64,000 bases of DNA from Azolla caroliniana (lineage: Eukaryota; Plantae; Polypodiophyta). How positions within the stretch are numbered: position 1 is the stretch's first letter; every line of letters begins with the position of its first letter. The notes below the pieces were generated by a model that worked only from the letters and a program-made list of their open reading frames with translations, was not told the origin of the DNA and did not search any database. The DNA is taken from positions 12,896,001-12,960,000 of the forward strand of contig JBHGNT010000009.1 of the NCBI GenBank assembly GCA_043228905.1, in the 5' to 3' direction. Shown here one piece after another: positions 50,501 through 62,066 of this stretch. The position numbers were made by a program, and so were the translations under genes.

Positions 50501-52748
50501 CCTCGCATTCGCAAACTCCTTCTGCATGCGCTCTGTATTGGTCGCATTTTCTTTTTCCACCCATGCCTGGGCTTGCTGTCGTATCTCGTCTTGCGCAGCC
50601 CAATCAACTATTTTTGTTTGCTGGCGTGTCGTGACTTGCTGCACTTCCGTCGTAATCGTATTCACGGCGGGCCCCTTGCCCTTGCGTGCTGGGCATTGCA
50701 TGGCATAATGTCCGGGCTGCTGACAAATAAAACAATGGATGCTTGATTCACCCTTCTCGGCTCTTGGTGGTGTGTGCCGCTCCCCTGGTGCGACTTGCTC
50801 CTCCCGGTCCGGCCTCGTTTGTCGGAACGCACACGGTGGTTGTTGTTGGTCCCGTCGTTGTTCCTGGTGTCACTCATCTCCCGAGCTTTCGTCGTAACGC
50901 CGGTGATCTCGATATTGCCGCGGCTTACCACGATAACCATTGAAGCCGCCCCGTTTGGTTGTCGGCTGGTGATTCTCGTAGCGCCGGCCCCCTTTAGCAT
51001 AACTTGGACGTCCACGATAATCCTCGTCCTCTGGTTTGTCTTCCTCGGAATCGTTGTGATTTCGGCGATTCCGGTGGTGCCGGTCTTCCCGTGGGTTGCG
51101 ATCCATATACTGTGGTCAGTCTTCTTGCCTCCTTTGTTTAGTCTGGCGTGGTGGACGTTGGGTGTCCATGCTGCGGACTGTGGGAGTGGCTCTGTTCAAC
51201 ATATTGTATTCGCATTGTTCGACTGTGTGAGCCTTCGAGTGGCAAATTGGGCAGTGGATTCGCATATTGCACTCCAATGTGGAATGCCCCGAGGTCAAGC
51301 AAATTGTGCACTGGATTGCCTGACGAAACTGGTGTTCCTCGTCTTGGAGTAACGCTTGTCGTAAGGAGGACATAGAAAACCTTTCCTCCTCCTCGTCCAA
51401 CTAGAGCGTAACGCTCGTTCAATGACCATATCCGCTGTTTCCCCTTTCATGCTATTTGTGTTGAGCGTTGCCCGGATGGGTCGGCGTAATGCTGCCAGAA
51501 ATGTTTCTCAAGCCTCATCCTCCGCGGGGCTCCGTTCTAGTTTCCGCCGTAAATTTTGGAAACGTAAGCTGAAGTCTGCGATCGTCTCGGTCGGAAGATG
51601 CTTAATCGTGTAGAACTGACTGAGGATTTCGTGTTGTGGAATCTTCCGATGGAAGAACTACAAGAAAGCGGACTGTAGCTGATCGAAGGTTGTGATTGCT
51701 GGTAAATCCATCTGTGAATGCCAAAACGCCACTCGCCCATCCAATGTTAACCCGAACTCCATCATTTTTGACTGGTGCGCTACCACCTCCGAAAGGCTCT
51801 GCGCCATGTGGTTCGCATTCCAAACATTAAGAAACATGTGAATATGGGTTGCGGCGTCGGTTTCGCCGTTAAAGCGGGGATAGGCAAAGGCCATGCTGGG
51901 GGCTATGACGGGTCGGGAAAGACCACAGGGTGGCTGTGGTGAGCGTACTCCCTCATATCATTGAGGTATTTGGAGAGCGAAGAATCACCTTTGTAATCAT
52001 GGCAGGTAGTACTGAGGTTGCTGAGGCGAGGCCTTTGCCGTGCACGTTCTTCTGCCTGGCGTGTGATGGAGCTTGTGATTGGCCGGTCTTGTCGTGTTGG
52101 TTCTCTAGGGCGTCTGCGGCTAAACATCCATTCATCGTTGCTCGTTTGTGAGAAGACATAGATTACCAAGCGTGCCAAAAGTGTTACCGATTAGGAACAC
52201 GGTCTGCGGTCAGTCCTTCGACCTAAACCTTCAAGTGGTTGTGGAACAACGAATAGGCGTCTATGCGTAATGCGTATGGGAATGTTCCCTGTAACCTATC
52301 AGCGTATAAGGGAGACAGCTACAACCGACTCCTTAGCAATGGTTAGACTTACATTCTTACACGCTCAGCTATTCCAGACACACAGTAGATTAGCCGTAGC
52401 TATACACAGATTTTCAGAGAAGATAGAATTCTACTACGATACGCTTCTTTACAATTCAAAATTACACGCTCCCCCTATCAGAGGTTTTCTACCCTTTATA
52501 TACGCAGGGACTATTTAGGCGTTCACGCTTCCTGCATGAACCGTTACATGTGTTATGATCTTATATTATTTCTTATTCCTACGCTCTTGTCTGTCGGTTA
52601 CTATTCCGGATCATAGCTCTACGATCGATAACTTCGATCGGAGCATTGCTTGACTCGAACCTTCTCGTTCGGTCAGCATGTCGTTCAATTGGATCACACA
52701 CCAATTGGCTCCTCCATTGCGGCATGGGCCTTTCATGATTCTGTCACA
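47559..52748 (-). mobile_element. 5' two-thirds of a Ty3/gypsy sibling of 13230-25957: LTR 52182 to about 52748, PBS near 52161-52177, gag, PR, RT, RH, part of IN
   Basis: GGTAACA CTTT TGGCACGCTTGG, three CCHC knuckles, [19 protein letters not shown]. Confidence 0.88.
48167..49924 (-). CDS. pol: Reverse transcriptase and RNase H (open 585-aa segment)
   Basis: FLDGFSGYNQ, VFLDDFAVY, FVDASDIAIG, YSTTEREALG. Confidence 0.92.
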   Translation of the reverse strand: MEGSMPQPKGITPLYAEDINMLAGVEDAELEAYLDEHPRIIPLIEIDVIATAIEYATATILHDEAYEPNLVSILELSKARAAFKMEMEISRRVTASALEEVNVGTESEPRFLSIAKELRSDQRNTMIALLKKYKDVFSWAHEDMKGLDPKFYQHKINLATDAKPVQQRRYRMNSNYAARVKEEIDKLLKAGFIRTVKQATWLSPIVVVPKKNGKIRVCVDYRKLNIVTITDAFPLPFTDSVLDTVAGHEMYSFLDGFSGYNQVCMHPEDQQKTTFVTDWGVYVAVVMMFGLEMAPATFQWTITEMFGEYILAFMQVFLDDFAVYGRTIDHFTHLQLCLERCRTARLSLNPAKCAFGVTSGTLLGHIVIKEGITVDPNKISAITQAKTPTNAKSLGRFLGQIRWHSWMIRYLADFATPLHVAVHRTPFQWIAMEDKAYEALKIMLTQAPVVQPPVWAKPFHVFVDASDIAIGSALMQLTEPNWYRPVYYASRKLSIVERNYSTTEREALGMIYSINKLRHYLLGRKFTFHVDHSALLYLVEKQALTGKLARWMLLLQEFNFVIQHRPGMQHAVADFLSRLENGETV

Positions 52749-52954
52749 TGTATGTGTATTTTTCGGTTTCATCATGTGAATTGAGCTTTGTATTTTGTAC
52801 CCTTGGTCTCCAAAAAATTTTACCCTCAAGTTTTTTTTATTTTTTATTTTTGAAATTTTATTTTTGGCCCTTGAGTTTTTGAAATTTCATCTTCTCTGCC
52901 CTTATGTTTTTGAAATTTTCACTTCAACCTAGACCTTCAAGTGATGACGAGGGC

Positions 52955-53727
52955 GGTGGTTTCCTTGCTAGTGATGACCTTAGTACACGGCACAAAATGT
53001 GCCATCTTCGTATATCAATCGACGACGGTTAAGATAGCATCGAACCCCTTTGAGACTGGCAGATCGGTGATAAAATCAAGACAAATAGATTGCCACGGCT
53101 TACTTGGAATCGGTAAGGGTTCCAACAAGCCATATGGATGGTGTTGTGGCATCTTTGCTCGACAGCAAGCATCACAGGTCCGAACGTAGTCGTTGACAAA
53201 ACGGCGCATGTGGGGCCACCAAAAAGATCGCTACACTAGATCCAACGTCTTAGTACTATCGAAATGTCCCGCCGTATGGGTGTCATGACAATTCTGGACG
53301 ATTTGAAGGCGGTAGGAGCAATCGGGGACATATACGCGCTTTTTAAAGAATAACAAACCATCATGATATTCGAATTGCCGGTAGTCAATACTTGGTTGTT
53401 GAGACTGAGAACAGGATGCCCGAGAAGTATCAATGTGCGCCAGGATGTCTTGAACAAAACTATCCGTCTTAAAGTTTGCACGTATGTCATCGGTAATCCG
53501 TGAATCCATCGGGGTGTGAAAAATCCGCATTGTGTGCAATCGTGTTGGTCCTAAGATTACTTACTTTTTATTATCAAATGCTGGATCACCAGGAGGAGGT
53601 GCAAGATATGAACGCCGTGATAGTGCATCTGCTTTTCCTTGCTGCTTCCCCGGTCGATATGTGATTTTGAAGTCGAAACGCAGTTACCCGTAGGAGTTGT
53701 ATGGGGCGGCATAAGGGTAAAACACGT
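52955..53727 (-). pseudogene. Chromovirus pol fragment (RNase H end and integrase N-terminus)
   Basis: VRTCDACCRAKMPQHHPYGLL and LDFITDLP, homologous to 57800-58510. Confidence 0.85.
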
Positions 53728-54168
53728 TGAAGGGTTGTTCAGTATGTGTAATATGTATATGAGTGTGTGAGGATGAGTATGTGTGAGCACATGCACAATT
53801 ATGTGCATGTGACAAGAGTGTAACGGTCGTCTCTTTTGTAACGGTGATTATTTACCGTTGCATTAAGTATTATATAAACCCCTTATGGGGCATGTAATGG
53901 ATATACAAATTTCCCCTCTCACATTTGTGTCATTTCCTATTTGTCTCTCTCTCTCTCGGCATCCTCTTCCCACTAGCGTGTGGGCGAAGATCACATTGTT
54001 GGAGAAGGCGAGAGGTTGCCACGCTTAGAAGTTGTTCCTCCTCACCGGCCTTGAAACAATGACGTTGTTCCTCATCTTGTCGTCAGGTCATGCGATAACG
54101 GCGCTCATCCTCCTCGCGCTCGCTACTGTCTCTCTCTTGCTCGGCATCCTCTTCCCACAAGCGCGTGC
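53728..54168 (+). repeat. LTR-like fragment
   Basis: TG start, TATATAAACCCC near 53871, CT-rich downstream region. No partner copy seen. Confidence 0.4.
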
Positions 54169-54740
54169 CCAATACCACCTTCGAAATCATCCGGGTGTCA
54201 TGAACACATGACCATTATGGCGTCACCCGGACTTGAACCTCGAACCTTGTAATCCATACTTGAAAACCTCAACCATTAAGATAGATTATTGTTATATGAA
54301 ACAATAAAAGCTACTTCTTGTATTACATTGATTATTGTAAAACCTCTAGATTATTCTAGAATGTTCTAGAATGTCCTAGAGCATTCTAGGTCTAGAACAT
54401 TCTAGAACATTCTAGAAATCTCTAAGCTATTCTATAGGAACCTATAAATAAGGGCATACATGTATTCTCAAATCAATTCGAATCAACACCAGTCTTTAGC
54501 TCTCATTACATATCTTGTATCCATTCTCTTTCTTTCTCTATCTTATACATGCATTCTTCTCTTAGTATTTCGTTCCTTTCTTCTTGTGTTCTCTAATATC
54601 CTTCTTCCATCACTCTATCTTTTATCTTTGGTTCTGACAGTTTGATTCGAATTCTCTCTCTCTCTCTTATCCTCCTTTGTAACCATCCTGAAACCATAGC
54701 TACCATTAACTGAGAAGAATATCTCACCCTTGTTGCAGAA

Positions 54741-55859
54741 ATGGAGAACCTTAAATCCAAGTTCGCATCTCTTGAAGTAGAGAATCAACGTCTACTTGGG
54801 GATCTACAAAAGGTTACTATAGAGAAGCAACAACAACAAGAGGAGTTCACGCGACGAGTGCAACAGTTAGAGTCGACAATCGGAGTGTTACAACAACAAA
54901 GGGTTGAAGGTTAGGGACTTATCAAGGAGCCCAAAATTAGCCTCCCAGCTAAATTTGATGGGTCGAGGGCGCATTTCCAAGGTTTCTTGAATCAAGTACG
55001 GTTGGTGATTCAAATGCATCCCGCGCGTTATCCAACAGATGCATCACGAGTCGGGCTAGTGGGCACCTTATTGACTGGCATAGCGTTGTCGTGGTTTGCT
55101 CCATTGCTAGAGACCAATTCTCCTTTATTGAATAATTTCGAGGAATTTATCAAGGAATTTAAGGCTTGTTTCGGAGATACTGATGGGGTGAGAACAATTA
55201 TCAACAAGATTCGTACACTTCGTCAAGGTGATCAACCAGCTTCGACATATGCTGCCAATTTCCGTCTCATCGCAAGTGATATTCCTTGGGATGAACAAGC
55301 CCTAATGGAGCAATTCCATTCAGGCCTTCGTAGTGATGTCAAAGACTTACTTCTTACCTTCCCCGAGGATCCAATGTCACTTACAGAAGCTATTAGTCGA
55401 GCAATACGGTGTGATAATCGCCTTTTTGAGCGTCGATGTGAGCGACAACAACAAATAACAAGATCAAGATTCACACAAACTTATGCATCAATAACGGCGC
55501 AATCATCCCCAAGGCAAATGTATAGCCCTGCTCCATCTCCAAGGCAAACACGTAGTCCAGTCCCAATGGATAGTCCTGCACCCATGGAGATCAATATGAC
55601 TCAACGACGAGGACCGTTGTCAGACGAAGAGAAGCAACGTCGTCGAGCAAACCATCTATGCTTATATTGTGGAGGTCCAGGACATATAGCCATTCATTAC
55701 TCCCGTAGGCCGAGACGTCAGGTAAATCAAATTCACTATGACAATAAAAATGAGTCCAACATTTTAGAAGCAGTTAGTGAATCTAATATTATGAATAATC
55801 CACCCTTGTCCAATAAATTTGAAGTCCTAAGCCAATTAGAAGAGGAGTCAAACGAATAA
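54741..55859 (+). pseudogene. gag: Chromovirus gag (PEG10-like capsid and knuckle), one internal stop
   Basis: KEPKISLPAKFDG, LTGIALSWF, PAPMEI, LCLYCGGPGHIAIH. Confidence 0.88.
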
Positions 55860-58800
55860 GTCTGACCAAAATAGGAGCCATTTGGTTGGACAACCCTAGA
55901 TATGTACAACCTAGTGTGGGTTCCATTTCTTCCAAGCATGTTAGTAGAGTCTTCTCAACCCTAGTACAAGTTAGGACACCCAGTTGTCAACTTCAAGTCC
56001 AAGCCCTCTTAGATACTGGAACCAATTCTTGTTTCATGGATAGAGATTTTGCCCAAATACACCAAATATCCTTGCATACACTTCCTTGTCCAGTTTCCGT
56101 AGTAGTGATTGATGGACACCCCATAGCTTCCGGGAAGATATTTGAAGAGTCTGAGCCAATACACATACTCTTGGGTGATTTAGGATGTGTAGTTTCCTTT
56201 AACATAATCCGTAGTCCTGAGCATCCAATTGTCCTCGGTTTGCCATGGTTCGAGCTACATAACCCTAGAATCGATTGGAGGAAGCGAGAAATTAGGTGCC
56301 CTTTAGTAGAAAATATCATTGTCAAGGATCGAACTCGGGATTATCCTCCTAAAGTATATAGTTCTACCGATGCACCATATCCTTCTCATCAAATTTCAGC
56401 CATCACATTGCAACAATTGTGCCAAGTGGGAGGCAAGGAGGAGATTTTCTTATTTGCAGTATCAGTGACACCTTCTAGTGTCACTCAAGGGAATTCAGAC
56501 ATCCAAATTCCCAAAAAATATCAAGACTATGCTGATGTTTTTGACAAAGTCAAAGCTAGTGTTCTTCCAAAGCATTGGCTGTACGACTGTCCTATTGATC
56601 TCCAACCAGGAAAAGAGCCACTGTGGGGTCTGATTTACAATTTATCACCCACTGAGCTTGAGGTTCTTCGACAATACATCGAGGAAAATCTTGCACATGG
56701 GTTTATTCGACATTCAAAATCTCCAGCTGGTGCTCCTATCTTTTTTGTGAAGAAAAAGGACGGCTCCCTTCGTTTGGTCATGAACTATCGAGGCTTAAAT
56801 ATAGTCACCATAAGGAATAGGTATGCTTTACCTTTAATCTCCAATCTCTTAGAACGCATTGGTGGGGCAAAGCATTTTACCAAAATTGATCTAAGGGGTG
56901 CATATAATCTTGTTTGAATTCGGCCTGGAGATGAGTGGAAAACAGCATTTCGTACTCGGTATGGTCATTTCGAGTATACAGTCATGCCTTTCGGGCTCAC
57001 AAATGCACCTGCAGTATTCCAACATATGGCGAATGACATCTTCCGGGATTTCTTGGATATTTTTCTAATCATCTACCTAGATGATCTATTGATTTACTCT
57101 AAAACACAGGGGGAGCATGATATACATGTGCGGCAAGTACTTGAACGCCTAAGGAAGTATGGTCTTTATGCCAAACTTGAGAAATGCAGTTTTGATTGCA
57201 AACAAGTCGAATTTTTGGGATACACTATTTCATCCCAGGGTGTTTTCATGGACCCGACAAAAGTCCAAACAATATTGGAATGGAAACCCCCACACTCAGT
57301 TCGGGATGTCCAGTGTTTCCTCGGATTTGCGAACTTCTATCGCAAATTCATACATAATTATTCAAGCATTGTGTTGCCCCTTACTCCACTCACCAAGAAA
57401 AATCAAGCATTTTTTTGGAGTATCGAAGCGGTCAAGGCTTTCACGCAGTTGAAAGAGGCATTCACAGCAGCACCCATCCTAGCACATATTGATCCTGAAA
57501 AGCCATTTACTATTGAGGCAGATGCATCGGACTTTGCATTAGGGAGTATCCTATTGCAACCAGGTGAGGACGGGCAGACACATCCAGTCGCGTTTCACTC
57601 GAGAAAATTTACTGTTTCGGAGATAAACTATGAGGTGCATGACAAGGAGTTACTACCTGTGGTCGACTCATTCGAGCAATGGCGTCATTTTCTAGAAGGA
57701 TCACCTCATCAGATTATCATTTATAGTGATCACAAAAATCTCACATATTTTCAAACAGCTCGAGTATTAAATAGACGCCAAGCTCGGTGGGCCCAATTTC
57801 TAACGCGTTTCGATTTCAAGATCATTTTTCGCCCCGGAAAACAACAAGGGAAAGTAGATGCTTTGTCTCGATGTTCGTATCTAGCACTTCTACTTGGAGA
57901 TCCGGCCTTTGACAATCAAAAGCAAATTCTCCTCGGGCCATCAAAGCTACAGGTAACAACAATTTATGCCACGCCACTTGATTCTACCCTTCTTGACACT
58001 ATTCGGCAACAACTTCATTCAAATGATTTCACTAAGGATGTCTTAGCCCACTGTGGTTCAAGTCGTCCATCTTGCTCCACATTGCCAGGGTCATCTCAAC
58101 ATTATCAGGACTTCAAGTGCCAAGATGGCTTACTCTTCTACAAGAATCTCCTTTACGTCCCCGACGGATCACCAAGACTTCAAGTGTTGGAACATTGTCA
58201 TGATGCCCCCATGGCTGGACATTTTGGTATTTCCAAGACCATTGAGCTGGTGAAATGTTTGTTTTGGTGGCCTCACTTGCAAAAATTTGTCGAAGATTAT
58301 GTTCGCACTTGTGACATTTGTTGTCGCGCAAAAATACCTCGGCATCACCCTTATGGCTTACTACAACCAATACCCACTCCCAACAAGCCATGGTAGTCTA
58401 TTTCTATGGATTTCATTATGGATCTGCCACCTTCCAAAGGCTTTGATACTATTTTAACAGTAGTGGATCGGTTCACCAAGATGGCACATTTTGTACCATG
58501 TGTAAAGACCATCAATAGTGAAGAAACTGTAGACCTCATTATGCGTGAAGTGTTTCGCCATCATGGTCTCCCGAATGATATTATTAGCGATCGAGGTCCT
58601 CAATTTATCTCACACTTTTGGAAGCTCCTATGGGCAGGCCTCAAAATCTCTTGCAAACTCTCCTCGTCTTATCATCCACAAACTGACGGACAAACAGAGC
58701 ACACAAATCAAACGCTCGAGCAATATCTTCGATGTTTCATTAGTTATCAACAAGATGATTGGAGTAATATTTTACATCTTGCCGAGTTTGCATACAACAA

Positions 58801-59534
58801 CACGGTCCACTCTTCTACCAAAGTTACACCTTTCTTTGCCTACACTGGAAACCACCTTCGGTGGTGTATACTAGATCTTCCCGAGGTGTCACAAAACCCT
58901 AGTGCGACGCATCACCTCTACCGACTACAACAAATCCAGTTCGAGTTATTGTCACATCTTCAGAAAGCACAAGCACACCATAAGACCAATCCCGATCGAC
59001 ATCGTCTTCAGTCTCCGTTTAAGGTTGGTGACCGTGTATGGTTGCTTCGTCGTCACATCAAGACTACCCGACCGTGTGCTAAGCTTGACTATCAACGCTT
59101 AGGTCCTTTTGTCATTACGGCGTAGATTAATGATGCAACATTTCATCTTAACCTTCCTGCACATATGCGGCTTCACCTTGTCTTTCATAGCTCTCTTTTG
59201 GAACTTTGCCGCACCTCTTTAATTCCTAATCGTGTCGTGCCACCACCACCTCTTTAATTCCTAATCGTGTCGTGCCACCACTGCCTTCTGTACAACTTGT
59301 GGACGCCCCTGAATACGAGGTAGCTGCTATTCTCGATTCTAAGATTGTGCGCAATAAGCTTTATTATCTAGTTGATTGGCTTGGCTATCCTTCGAGTAAT
59401 CACACTTGGGAACCCATTGATAACGTTTGTAATGCTGAAGCTCTGGTCGACGACTTCCATCGTCACTATCTAAACAAGCCCGGCCCAACAATGTTAACGC
59501 TGACTTCCACTCGGCGTTCTCGAAGGAGGGATAT
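55823..59534 (+). pseudogene. pol: Chromovirus pol with C-terminal chromodomain, a few premature stops
   Basis: ALLDTGT, PFGLTNAPA, IYLDDLL, EADASD, YHPQTDGQTE, GPF, EYEVAAILDS...YLVDWLGY...TWEP. Confidence 0.93.
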
Positions 59535-59968
59535 TGTCATGAACACATGACCATTATGGCGTCACCCGGACTTGAACCTCGAACCTTGTAATCCATACTT
59601 GAAAACCTCAACCATTAAGATAGCTTATTGTTATATGAAACAATAAAAGCTACTTCATGTATTACATTGATTATTGTAAAACCTCTAGATTATTCTAGAA
59701 TGTTCTAGAATATCCTAGAGCATTCTAGGTCTAGAACATTCTAGGAATATCTAAGCTATTCTATAGGAACCTATAAATAAGGGCATACATATATTCTCAA
59801 ATCAATTCGAATCAACACTAGTCTTTAGCTCTCATTACATATCTTGTATCCATTCTCTTTCTTTCTCTATCTTATACATCCATTCTTCTCTTAGTATTTC
59901 GTTCCTTTCTTCTCGTGTTCTCTAATATCCTTCTTCCATCACTCTATGTTTTATCCTTGGTTTTGACA

Positions 59969-62066
59969 CCGGGAGCCACGGCCGATCATTACGACCCAGT
60001 CCCAACAAGGGAAAGCCGTATTGACGGCGGAAAGCGAGGTTTTGGAATATCCAGATATCCCGAATACGGCCCATGAGTTCAGCGCCCTCTTACAGTTTGG
60101 AACCTCCTTTGAGCTCATGGAATTCTTGGCAACACAACAGATAATCGAGCGTGCCCTAACACAAACGGCGGAGAGCGACGATGAGGACCGGCTAGCCAGG
60201 GTTGACAGATGGAGGAACGCCGGGGTACGCCGAGTGGGGATGGAGCCCCCACTAAACACGGCCCTAGTCGAAGTCAATAGGGAACTGGCAAAGGTCAGCA
60301 TGGGCGGCAAGGAGATGGCCATTAAAAATAAGAATGTCTGGAAGAAGGTGAAAATGACCCAAGCCGACGAACGCATCGCGAAGTTGGAAGCTAACGCGAC
60401 TACGGCACAACACGCAACTCCGCCACCACACCCTTCGAGCTGAACTGCGCCAATCCTCAGACAGAGAAAAGGAGATCCGGGCTAACGGCCAGAAGGTAGT
60501 AAAAACCCTTGAAGAGAAACTCGCTACGGAGGTAGCTCAGCACATCTGGACAAAAGACGAAAACGCCCAATTACGGAATGAGGCGAAGAAATCGGAGGTG
60601 GCAATCGCGGGACTCCAGGCCTTATTAGAGAAAAAAAAGGTGTGGTTCGATGAGCAACTGGTGGTCAAATAGGGAAGAAGGCATCAACTCGAAATCCGCC
60701 TAAACAATGAAATGGGGAAATTAGAAGAACAACACGCAAAGGAATCCCAACTATGGGCGGGCCTGAAGTCCACATACGAAGAAGCGGCGGCGGTTAGGCA
60801 GCAAGAAATTGCAAACCTATAGAAGTCGATGGAAGACGCACGCAACCGTTGCTAGGCCATCACCGACAACGTGCATATCCTTCTCCAAACAAATCGGGAG
60901 CGGTTCACAGTGCAATTGAAAACGGCGTTGGACAAAGGATGGATGGCGTGGGCAACCCAAGCAATGGAATTGCACGCATAAAGACGGCCGAGGTTTCTAT
61001 AAACTAAATGAGGAGAGCATTGCGGCCGTACGCGAGGACCTAGCGCAAGACTATCGTGCACTAGCGGACCAACATTCTGAAGAACTCGCGTAGCTCTTAG
61101 ATGGTTTTGGTGAAAGCCAGGAGGAGCTATTTCACCAGATCACACAAACCGGCAACACGCGAACAAATGAGGAATCCAGCGCGACGCCAATTCCGAGCAC
61201 GACCGAAGAAGAGGAACCTCAGGCCAAATCACGAGAAAATACAACGACGGTGAACAACGCGGACCGACGAGCGGATTCCCCCACAGTACTAGACAACGAA
61301 ACCGCTGCCCAAGAGGAGCTCCATTTGTAGGAGCCCAAGCTATCATCGGACCACACGGAGAACGGTATGGGCCAAGTGGAATCGCAACCCCACTCCTCGG
61401 AACGTACAAAGATGGCCGACGCCACGGAGCAAGTAACGATTGAGACAGAGCCACGGCCAACCGCAAGCACGACGACGGCGGCGCCCAATCCGCTAGCTCA
61501 AGAAGAACCCACCAAACCCGGACCGCCCACACACGACGACTGCGACATCGGGAGAAACCATGCCGACCAAATAGGGGAGCCGCACCATGATTCACCTATG
61601 GGCCCTGTGGTGCCTTCGGACGTGGACACCAGAGAAGACCAGAATAGTAACCGACGGACAAGAGCGTAGGAATAAGAAATAATATAAGATCATAACGCAT
61701 GTAACGGTTCACACAGGAAGTGTGAACGCCTAAATAGTCCCTGCGTATATAAAGGGAAGAAAACCTCTGATAGGGCGAGTGTGTAATTTTGAATTGTAAA
61801 GAAGCGTATCGTAGTAGAATTCTATCTTCTCTGAAAATCTGTGTATAGCTACGGCTAATCTACTGTGTGTCTGGAATAGCTGAGCGTGTAAGAACGTAAG
61901 TGTAACCATTGCTAAGGAGTCGGTTGTAGCCGTCTCCCTTATACGCTGATAGGTTACAGGGAACATTCCCCTATGCATTACGCATAGACGCCTATTCGTT
62001 GTTCCACAACCACTTGAAGGTCTAGGTCGAAGGACTAACCGCAAACCGTGTTCCTAATCGGTAACA
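59969..62066 (+). mobile_element. 3' part of a Ty3/gypsy element: decayed coiled-coil ORF3 and 5'-truncated 3' LTR from about 61640 to 62066
   Basis: The LTR is a near reverse complement of 52182-52608. The ORF resembles 13900-14700. Confidence 0.8.

Larger units (their letters stand above)
54196..59968 (+). mobile_element. Near full-length chromovirus (Tcn1/Tf1-like): LTRs 54196-54639 and 59535-59968, TSD CCGGG
   Basis: TGTCA...TGACA LTR pair, perfect 5-bp TSD, PPT GAAGGAGGGATAT, order gag-PR-RT-RH-IN-chromodomain. Confidence 0.95.

Noticed and set aside
52790-52930. Mutator-like TIR subrepeats (CCCT...TTTTGAAATTT)
   Set aside because: No partner TIR, TSD or transposase is visible.
52182-62066. 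Long terminal inverted repeats (also 1-267 versus 13230-13495) suggesting a DNA transposon or DIRS element
   Set aside because: These are LTRs of separate, oppositely oriented insertions. There is no shared TSD, transposase or tyrosine recombinase.
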